Positions 18,150-25,186 of a stretch of DNA of 64,000 nucleotides are shown in pieces; position 1 is the stretch's first letter, and each line of letters starts with the position of its first letter. This stretch comes from a virus: the IMG/VR virus record IMGVR_UViG_3300045988_183727. One strand, given 5' to 3'. The notes under the pieces were generated by a model. That model saw only the letters and a program-made list of their open reading frames with translations. It had not been told where the DNA came from and made no database searches. The position numbers and the translations under genes were made by a program.

Positions 18150-19586
18150 ATGTTTGACCTGCTCTTTGGGAACAAGGCCGTTCTCGTCCCCGCAATTATC
18201 GTGATTGCGGTCCTCATCATCTGTATTTTGGGGTATATCAAGGCGCCGCCCGATATGGCGTATATCATCTCCGGTCTTCGCAAGAAGCCCAAAATCCTCA
18301 TTGGTCGTGCCGGCGTTCGCGTTCCGTTTCTGGAGCGCGTCGATAAGCTAATTGTCCGTCAGATTTCCGTGGACATCAAATCCGATGGCTACATTCCCAC
18401 ACTGGACTTCATCGGCGTTGATGTGGATGCCGTTGCCAAGGTCCGTGTCAGGACAGATGACGAGGGCATTAAGCTGGCTATGCGGAACTTCCTGAACATC
18501 ACTGATGCCCGTGGCTTTGAGCAGGCGATTTCGGACTCTCTGCAGGGAAACATGAGAGAGATTATCGGGACTATAACGCTCAAGGAAATCTGCAATGACC
18601 GTAAGAAATTCGGTGATGAAATCCAGTCAAAGGCGCAGGTTGACATGAATGCGTTGGGTATCGAGATTATCTCCTGTAATATCCAGCGCGTGACCGACGA
18701 GAAGGGCCTTATCAATGCTCTGGGTCAGGATAATATGAGTCAAATCCAGAAAAATGCTTCTATCGCCAAGGCCGAAGCGGAGCGCGATATCCAGATTGCT
18801 CAGGCGGAGGCGGCTCGTCAGGCGAACGAGGCTCAGGTCGCATCCGATACACAGATTTCTATTCGTAAGACCGAACTGGCCGTGAAGCAGGCCGAGCTGA
18901 AGGAAACCTCCGACATCAAGAAGGCTGCTGCCGATGCTGCCTATAAGATTGAGGAACAGAAGCAGCGCCGGAGCCTCGATATTGCATCTACCGATGCCGA
19001 CATTGCGAAGCGCGAGAAGGAAGCAGAACTGGCAGAGCGTGAAATCACGCTGCAGGAGCGTCGGTTGGATGCTGATATTCGCAAGAAGGCAGATGCCGAT
19101 AAGTACGCTGCCGAAAAGAAGGCCGAAGCAGAGCTGTACGCCCGCAAGCAGGAAGCCGAGGCCAAGCGCTTCGAGCAGGAGCAGATTGCCGAAGGTATCA
19201 AGGCCGTCGGTGCCGCAGAAGCCGAGGCTATCAAGGCCAAGGCTCTGGCCGAAGCGGAAGGTATCGACCGTAAGGCTGAGGCCATGAAAAAGTACGGTGA
19301 AGCCGCAGTGGTCGAGATGATTATGAACGCACTGCCCGAAATTGCCAAGAACGTGGCCGCGCCTCTCACTAATGTGGATTCCATCACCATGTACGGCGAG
19401 GGTAACAGTACGAAGCTGATTGAGGACATCGTTTCTTCTACCACTCAGGTTTCCAACGGTATGCTGAACGGTTTGGGTATCGACCTGCGGAGCCTGCTGG
19501 CCGGCTTTGTCGGAGGCAAGGTCGCAGTTCCCGCATCTGCTCCCAGTGTTGAGCCTACCGCCGTCACTGAGGGCGAAGCCGAGTAA
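18150..19586 (+). CDS. Flotillin (SPFH domain, FloT/YuaG-like)
   Basis: N-terminal hairpin helix, SPFH domain, and a long A/E/K-rich coiled coil (AEAERDIQIAQAEAARQANEAQ...). Confidence 0.9.
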   Translation: MFDLLFGNKAVLVPAIIVIAVLIICILGYIKAPPDMAYIISGLRKKPKILIGRAGVRVPFLERVDKLIVRQISVDIKSDGYIPTLDFIGVDVDAVAKVRVRTDDEGIKLAMRNFLNITDARGFEQAISDSLQGNMREIIGTITLKEICNDRKKFGDEIQSKAQVDMNALGIEIISCNIQRVTDEKGLINALGQDNMSQIQKNASIAKAEAERDIQIAQAEAARQANEAQVASDTQISIRKTELAVKQAELKETSDIKKAAADAAYKIEEQKQRRSLDIASTDADIAKREKEAELAEREITLQERRLDADIRKKADADKYAAEKKAEAELYARKQEAEAKRFEQEQIAEGIKAVGAAEAEAIKAKALAEAEGIDRKAEAMKKYGEAAVVEMIMNALPEIAKNVAAPLTNVDSITMYGEGNSTKLIEDIVSSTTQVSNGMLNGLGIDLRSLLAGFVGGKVAVPASAPSVEPTAVTEGEAE

Positions 19587-19629
19587 AAACAATTACCCCA
19601 CCGTAGGCACTCCCTGCGGCGGGGAATAC

Positions 19630-19717
19630 GGAGAGGTGGCCGAGTGGTTGAAGGCACCGGTCTTGAAAACCGGCGATGCGAAAGCATCCGTGGGTTTGAA
19701 TCCCACTCTCTCCGCCA
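19630..19717 (+). tRNA. tRNA-Ser (anticodon TGA), CCA encoded
   Basis: Acceptor GGAGAGG/TCTCTCC, D-arm GTGGCCGAGTGG, anticodon loop CTTGAAA, long variable arm, T-loop GGTTTGAATCC. Confidence 0.9.
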
Positions 19718-19728
19718 AAAAAAAACAA

Positions 19729-19859
19729 GTACGGACGGTATAACCGGAATTAACGCCTGTGGAGATGCATGGTCGTCGCGGAAGCAGGAATACTCTGTTG
19801 GCTGGCAATCACGTGAGAGGTGACGACCAGCACCTTGGGGGAACTGAATACCTGTGCTG
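19729..19859 (+). ncRNA. Omega-RNA-like scaffold, copy A (structured RNA family, 5 copies)
   Basis: GTACGGACGGTATAACCGGAATTAACGCCTGTGGAGATGCATGG...GCTGG-CAA-TCAC-GTGAGAG-GTGA-CGA-CCAGC...GGGGGAAC plus the linker TGAATACCTGTGCTGG. The central hairpin covaries among copies. Confidence 0.7.
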
Positions 19860-20053
19860 GGTATACACCACCCAGAAATAGCAGGGTACTATACCACAAG
19901 ATGCCGCACGTTGAATTTGAGTGGCGGTATACACCACCCAGAAAAAAACAGGGTACTATACCATCTCATTGCACACTGGCATATACCCGTTATCGTAAAG
20001 GATATGTCACGGTTAGGGGTATACACCACCCCGAAATAACAGGGTTGTATACC
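19860..20053 (+). repeat. Hairpin-repeat mini-array A (3 repeats; CRISPR-like layout)
   Basis: Repeats at 19860-19895, 19926-19962 and 20018-20053 (GGTATACACCACCCnGAAATAACAGGGTTGTATACC). The spacers are 30 and 55 nt, and the latter contains a degenerate repeat. Confidence 0.7.
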
Positions 20054-20098
20054 TCGGTATGACGATTATATCCGAAGGAAGCTCATTATCCAAGGAAA

Positions 20099-20117
20099 GT
20101 GTGCAATGATTGCACAC
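20099..20117. repeat. Perfect palindrome GTGTGCAATGATTGCACAC preceding scaffold B (the same palindrome is at 50304-50322)
   Basis: Identical 19-nt palindrome upstream of scaffolds B and C. Confidence 0.8.
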
Positions 20118-20125
20118 TTAAAGAC

Positions 20126-20250
20126 GTACGGATGGTACAGCCGGAATTTACGCCTGTGGAGACGAACTCCGTCGTAGAAGCAGGAACTTCCCATGGCTGA
20201 ACACCGCGTGAGAGGCGGTACAGCACCGAGGTGAGAGCACCTTGGGGAAC
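20126..20250 (+). ncRNA. Omega-RNA-like scaffold, copy B (divergent, no hairpin array)
   Basis: GTACGGATGGTACAGCCGGAATTTACGCCTGTGGAGACG...GCT-GAACA-CCGC-GTGAGAG-GCGG-TAC-AGC...TTGGGGAAC. It ends 30 nt before the ATG at 20281. Confidence 0.65.
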
Positions 20251-20280
20251 AGCTTGAGTATCAAAATCGGTGGAAGGGCG

Positions 20281-20691
20281 ATGATTGTTTGTATGGCTGA
20301 TTACTTCAAAGTCGTATATTCGCGGGAGCTCTCCTCAGAATATGAACCGCGTTACATTGTCATACAGCCCAAGACTGGTGCGGTATTGGATGATGCCCAA
20401 GGTTTCGGCTACACGAGCCGCGAGAAGGCGGCAAAGGCATACACCTACAAGAAGATGCCGCATCCCGAACAGCGGTCTCTGGCGGCCCGCAAACGCCGCG
20501 TTGAGAAGTGGTGTCTGGAACACCTTGATGTGGTAGATGGTTATGCTGACATCTGCTTACAGCATATGAAGGCATCGGGAGATGGACGTATCAGTATGAG
20601 TTCTGCTGTTGTCTCCCGTTATTTGAAGGACTGCGGATACGATAATCTGCCGTTCTCGGCACAGGACTTTATCCGCTACTGTAAAACTTGA
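20281..20691 (+). CDS. Hypothetical protein (136 aa)
   Basis: The ATG at 20281 follows ggtggaaggg. The track ORF starts at an upstream TTG inside the RNA scaffold. Confidence 0.65.
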   Translation: MIVCMADYFKVVYSRELSSEYEPRYIVIQPKTGAVLDDAQGFGYTSREKAAKAYTYKKMPHPEQRSLAARKRRVEKWCLEHLDVVDGYADICLQHMKASGDGRISMSSAVVSRYLKDCGYDNLPFSAQDFIRYCKT

Positions 20692-20713
20692 ATTTTGGGC
20701 GAGGTGAAAGGAC

Positions 20714-22903
20714 ATGAAGAACACCATATTGGGGACGGTGCGCTTTAATGACATCGAGGCATACAAGAATGAGTGGGCGGCGAGAAGCCGTGAATGGCGC
20801 TTTGAAAAAGCCCGACAGGAGGAAACCCACATTATCAGGGAGAATGACAGAGACGATGCAACGCTCTTTTCTGGACTCACAGACCTGTCCAGTCTCTCGC
20901 GAGATAATAGTGACACCAATGAGAGATGGTGGCGGAAACGCATTGAGGACTACCTCAAGAACCTTTCTGAGTTCATCGACTACTGTAAGACCTATGAGCA
21001 GCCTGCCAACGTATATAGCATTTATGAGGGCATTGGTATGGTCGTCGGCCTCGGCAGTCGTAGGTTCTTTCTCTACCAGCCGGACTCTCTGGTGGCGGAG
21101 TATGTGCCGGTCAAGGACTATTCCGCAATGTCCGTGGGCGAGATGCGAGCCCTCGCAACGCACGGCGCTTCATCGACGCTGCCGGCATCCGTGCCTGAGT
21201 CTCTATCGGTCTCTCAGGTGCGCGAAGGTCTGTCCGACCGTGAGGCGGAGCTGAACGCCCTCAAAGCCAATATCGAAGATACCAAGAACGGAACCAGTGA
21301 TGAACTCCGCGCCCTCAAGGAAGAGGTCGAGCGTGCCATGGCCGCCTTGGAGAAGAAAAAGGACAAACTGATGGCAGAGCTGTCCGCCAAACGCGAGGCT
21401 CTGGAGGAACAGGTAGAAATGATGAACAATCAGATTTACCTGTTGGAATCTCAGATTTATGCTATCCGCTGCTACATGGGTGAGACAATCAACTTTACCC
21501 GTATCCGCACTGGCCGGAACGCACCGGAAAAGGAGCCGGTTGTCCTGTTCCAGAAGCTCCGTTTTCTCGATGAAGAGATGGGGCGTCTTGCTTCCATTTA
21601 CAACATGAAAGAAAGCAAGCTGAAGTATTTCGAGGAGTTTCTCGCAGCGTCTCCTGTTGCGCTGGATACCTTTGCTCCCAGTGAGAAGTGCGTGGCACTG
21701 GTTCGTCTCAGCAAGACCGGCAAACATTTCTTTGGGCATGAGATGTGGAGCAATATGCTGGACAGCTATAATATCTACCACGGGAACACCATTGGTATCA
21801 TTATCCGAAACGGAGAAAATGTCTATATCGGTTGGACTGACCCGGAGGAAGTCCATGTGACAGATGACTTCATTATGGAAGTAAATCCCAAGGATTTCCG
21901 CGTCAATACGGAGTATATCGGGCAGGAGGATGAATACCAGCGGAAGCAGCGTGTCAAAGAGGAGCGTTCACAGGCGCGAAGTATGGTCGTGGAAATGGTT
22001 TCCAGAATTTTCCTGTTCAATATCCTGCAGGGTGTGGTGGATAGCTCCAACATCCTTTCTCTGCCGGATGGTGTCAAAATCTCCAAGTCCTCCGAATATG
22101 TCGTGTTTTCCATGGCTGACCGCTGGTTGACCGACAACCGTTATGGCAGCTTTGTAGACATCGTGAAGCGATGCAATAAGCCTGATGCAAAGAAAGGTGA
22201 TAGTATCTTGACCGTCCTTTCTTTGACTCCGGGGAGAGAATACAGGTATAGGCCTTACTGGAATGACCGTGGCAGGGGAGACCGCAACCGTACCCATGAC
22301 TGTTCCGTTGATGACTGCGCCATCTATCCCATCAATCTGGTGGAGTATGACGCACCGGAGCAGCGCACCTATTATCTCTTTAATGGCATTCGCTACTCCA
22401 CATATGGCGATGGCAGTAATCTCGGCGATGACGCTGAAATCATCGAAACCGTTATGGAGACTAAGCCGCATTTCTTCGTATCTGTGGAGAAAGGCGAGTC
22501 CATAAACCGCCGTTGGTATGCTGACGAGGGCAAGAAATGCGCCCGTTCCAACTTCGAGGTGTTCCGCGACGAATATATCAACCTCGCTTTTATGAACTCC
22601 GAGTGGCTGACTTACGCCATCAATACCAAGAACCTCGGTGGATGGATTATCGGCGGTAAGTGCGTGGATTACGCCTACGGTATCAAGTACCTGAATGTGG
22701 CACTGCAGCACATCCGCCAGCGCGAGGCATCCGAGAAAGAGCACCTTGACCGCTCTTGCCCCGGCTTTACGGAGAAGTACCCTTCTTGGATGGTAGACCT
22801 GTCAGAATGGAAGCTCGCCGAAGATGTCCATAGCCTCCATTCCCGCAATGTATCGAGATTCTTAAAATGGTTTGCTGAGAAAGCGGAAAGAGGTGAGGTG
22901 TAA
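20714..22903 (+). CDS. Hypothetical large protein with a central coiled coil (729 aa)
   Basis: RBS gaggtgaaagg. Coiled-coil segment around EAELNALKANIEDTK...LLESQIYAIRCY. No family recognised. Confidence 0.75.
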   Translation: MKNTILGTVRFNDIEAYKNEWAARSREWRFEKARQEETHIIRENDRDDATLFSGLTDLSSLSRDNSDTNERWWRKRIEDYLKNLSEFIDYCKTYEQPANVYSIYEGIGMVVGLGSRRFFLYQPDSLVAEYVPVKDYSAMSVGEMRALATHGASSTLPASVPESLSVSQVREGLSDREAELNALKANIEDTKNGTSDELRALKEEVERAMAALEKKKDKLMAELSAKREALEEQVEMMNNQIYLLESQIYAIRCYMGETINFTRIRTGRNAPEKEPVVLFQKLRFLDEEMGRLASIYNMKESKLKYFEEFLAASPVALDTFAPSEKCVALVRLSKTGKHFFGHEMWSNMLDSYNIYHGNTIGIIIRNGENVYIGWTDPEEVHVTDDFIMEVNPKDFRVNTEYIGQEDEYQRKQRVKEERSQARSMVVEMVSRIFLFNILQGVVDSSNILSLPDGVKISKSSEYVVFSMADRWLTDNRYGSFVDIVKRCNKPDAKKGDSILTVLSLTPGREYRYRPYWNDRGRGDRNRTHDCSVDDCAIYPINLVEYDAPEQRTYYLFNGIRYSTYGDGSNLGDDAEIIETVMETKPHFFVSVEKGESINRRWYADEGKKCARSNFEVFRDEYINLAFMNSEWLTYAINTKNLGGWIIGGKCVDYAYGIKYLNVALQHIRQREASEKEHLDRSCPGFTEKYPSWMVDLSEWKLAEDVHSLHSRNVSRFLKWFAEKAERGEV

Positions 22904-23113
22904 ATGTCTGCGGTAAAGAAGAACAGTTCCGGAATTCTCAAATACGTCGTGTTTTGCAGTGCCTGCGGGCAGACTGCTCCCTTAACTGACAAGGTTGATG
23001 TTGACGGCCATCTTATGTACGATTGGCACCGCCCTTGTCCGCGCTGTGGTAAGGAAGACTGGGCAACTCGCTTCATTGAACCTCTCGGAGCTGCAAAGAA
23101 AACGCAAACTTGA
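22904..23113 (+). CDS. Small zinc-ribbon protein (69 aa)
   Basis: The start overlaps the upstream stop (TAAATG). Contains CSACG...CPRCG. Confidence 0.6.
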   Translation: MSAVKKNSSGILKYVVFCSACGQTAPLTDKVDVDGHLMYDWHRPCPRCGKEDWATRFIEPLGAAKKTQT

Positions 23114-23211
23114 GTTTGCTTATCTCTTTGCTTATTCACCCAATCTCTTAGCTTTTTCCTTGAAATTTAGTTTGGTTTGTCGCAAGTTGGTTGCAACCTT
23201 GAAAAATAAGC

Positions 23212-23245
23212 AAAAAGCACCTCTCAAGAGAGAGGTGCTTTTGTG
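23212..23245. terminator. Bidirectional rho-independent terminator
   Basis: agcacctctc aaga gagaggtgct, flanked by an A-run and a T-run. Confidence 0.8.
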
Positions 23246-23246
23246 T

Positions 23247-24611
23247 TTAGAATTTGAGTTGCTCTTCAGTTATTTTTGCGATTTGCGGCAACTTGCGAGC
23301 TTCTTCGGTACGGAGCTGGAACATATCCAGCTCATAATTGCCGAGCCGAACGCGGTCAAGCCCATCAGCGTCTTTGAAAATATCAAAGAGTGCTTTGACG
23401 CGCAGCGCATCCTGCCTATCCCTCCAGTGTTCCGAGATGAAGTCGTAGCCTTCCTTATCGGGGCGGCAGTGATACTCCATCAGAAACAGAGTGATGGGGT
23501 CCGTATCAGGATATGCTTCCTGCAGCATCCTTGCGCTCTCGCCACCGTGGGTATTATCCTCGGAATCGCTACGCCTGCCTGTGTCGTGATACAGTGCAGC
23601 CTCAATCAGAATTTCCTTGTCTTCCAAGTCCAGACCCTTCATATATGCCAGCAGCATACACATGAATAGGACACGGCCAGCGTGAGCCTTTCCATGCAGT
23701 TTGCCTGCCATCTGGAATGGAACGGCGTCATAGTCAGCAGTCTTCTGATAGAGCCAGAAGTCGTCTATCGCACCGTCATCCGCTGCCTCGTTGAGCCAGT
23801 CGATACCATAGAAGGGGAAGTCTTCAACCTCCTTGATGTCATCGGGAGATACAATAACTTCAGCCTCCACGCCTTCGAAATACTCAATGACAGAGGCTTT
23901 TTCGACTGTAGCCCGATATACCTTTGCATGGTCAGACGGAAAGCGCGTGGCGAAGAACACGGCTACGGCAGGGTCCAGCGTCCAAGAGAACGCTTCCTCC
24001 AGACTTGCGCTTTCATCGCCGGTGCCACGGTAAACCGTCAGTGTGTCAGGATACTTCCTGAGCCCCTTCTCCGTTGCCTGAACCTGTTCCGGCGTTTTCA
24101 TGCTTTTGAGCTTCAGTATACCATCCCGTCCGAGTGCGGAGCATCCGTAATCGGAAAAGGGGTAGACATTGTAGAACAGTTTGTAAGCACCATCAAAGCC
24201 CTCATCAACGAGTTTCTTCAGATACTCTATCCGCATCCGGTCGTTGAGTGCCGTGATGATGAAGTTACAGTTGCCGGAGGCAATTTTCTCCTTCAGTTGC
24301 TCAACAGCCCCTCGGATTTCAGGCGTTTTATCTTCACCGTCGGCTGCCATTGTAAGACTGTTGCAGGGGAATATGACCTTATCCTTATCCCAGTAATAAA
24401 ACGGGGTAAAGCCGCAGCCGTAGTAGAGGTTCTCAATGATGTCGTCGGTTAGATGAAACTTCTTCCGCAGTTCATCGGCTGTATAGGGCGCCATATATCC
24501 GTTCCGACTGGCAACTGCCTTTGATTTCTCTGATGTGACAGATGTAACAGGGAGGAGGTTGTTGAACGATTCAACATTGCGGGACTTCATCACCACATCA
24601 GTGATGTTCAT
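23247..24611 (-). CDS. Fusion protein: ADP-ribosyltransferase-like central domain plus a C-terminal HD phosphohydrolase domain
   Basis: An R-S-E-like triad is present: TVYRGT, FSWTLD, EAEVIV. The C-terminus has HGKAHAGRV...ALYHDTGR (HD motif). ATG at 24611; the track TTG at 24620 sits too close to the RBS. Confidence 0.6.
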   Translation of the reverse strand: MNITDVVMKSRNVESFNNLLPVTSVTSEKSKAVASRNGYMAPYTADELRKKFHLTDDIIENLYYGCGFTPFYYWDKDKVIFPCNSLTMAADGEDKTPEIRGAVEQLKEKIASGNCNFIITALNDRMRIEYLKKLVDEGFDGAYKLFYNVYPFSDYGCSALGRDGILKLKSMKTPEQVQATEKGLRKYPDTLTVYRGTGDESASLEEAFSWTLDPAVAVFFATRFPSDHAKVYRATVEKASVIEYFEGVEAEVIVSPDDIKEVEDFPFYGIDWLNEAADDGAIDDFWLYQKTADYDAVPFQMAGKLHGKAHAGRVLFMCMLLAYMKGLDLEDKEILIEAALYHDTGRRSDSEDNTHGGESARMLQEAYPDTDPITLFLMEYHCRPDKEGYDFISEHWRDRQDALRVKALFDIFKDADGLDRVRLGNYELDMFQLRTEEARKLPQIAKITEEQLKF

Positions 24612-24807
24612 ACTTCTCAATCTCCTTCAATAATTTTTCTATCACATCGGCAGCATCCGCTTCAATGTCGTTGATGTTACAGGCACCGTCCACATCACGG
24701 TACTTGCACCGCTTATCGCCGCAGCCAAGGTTGTCTTCAGCGTCCGTGCCGTAGCAGCGGAGCTTCTTGATAACTCTCAGCGCATCGCTTTTCAGCTTTG
24801 CAGTCAT
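24598..24807 (-). CDS. Small Cys-containing hypothetical protein (69 aa)
   Basis: RBS aaaggagaaaac. Overlaps the downstream start. Confidence 0.6.
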   Translation of the reverse strand: MTAKLKSDALRVIKKLRCYGTDAEDNLGCGDKRCKYRDVDGACNINDIEADAADVIEKLLKEIEKYEHH

Positions 24808-24895
24808 TATGTTTTCTCCTTTCTACGGGTTCTTTTTGCATATCATTATATATTCTTATATGCAGAAACTCAACTCCTTTCTGCAGCAAACAGAA

Positions 24896-25132
24896 TCAAA
24901 GGGTCTCATCGGCAATGACTTCCTTGGAAACCGTGTTATTCCACATCCGCACACTCTTCCTGATACTGCTGGCATAGATTTTTGTGCCGGCATAGGTCTT
25001 CAGGTTTGCGTGGAACGGAAACCCCTTTTTGCAACTCTGACATACAGCCTTACAATCGGGCTTGCCACAGTGGGAATACAGCTTGATTTTGCCACCACAC
25101 ACGGGGCAGGGAGCAATGTAACCTAAATCCAT
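24896..25132 (-). CDS. Lar-family-like restriction-alleviation zinc-ribbon protein
   Basis: CPVCGG...CQSC followed by SIRKSVRMWNN, resembling Lar CPFCGG...AWNRR. ATG at 25132 follows AAAGGAG; the track TTG start lies inside the RBS. Confidence 0.5.
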   Translation of the reverse strand: MDLGYIAPCPVCGGKIKLYSHCGKPDCKAVCQSCKKGFPFHANLKTYAGTKIYASSIRKSVRMWNNTVSKEVIADETL

Positions 25133-25152
25133 AGCATTATCTCCTTTCAAAG

Positions 25153-25179
25153 AGAGCCACCCCGAAAGGTGGCTCTTTA
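25153..25179. terminator. Bidirectional terminator hairpin
   Basis: agagccacc ccgaaa ggtggctct, followed by TTTAA. Confidence 0.6.
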
Positions 25180-25186
25180 ATTGTTG

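Noticed and set aside
19860-20053. Calling the hairpin-repeat arrays canonical CRISPR arrays
   Set aside because: There are only 2-4 repeats per locus. The repeats are degenerate (especially the 5' arm), spacer lengths are irregular (17-55 nt), and there are no cas1/cas2 or other cas genes in the window. I report them as CRISPR-like repeats, not as CRISPR.
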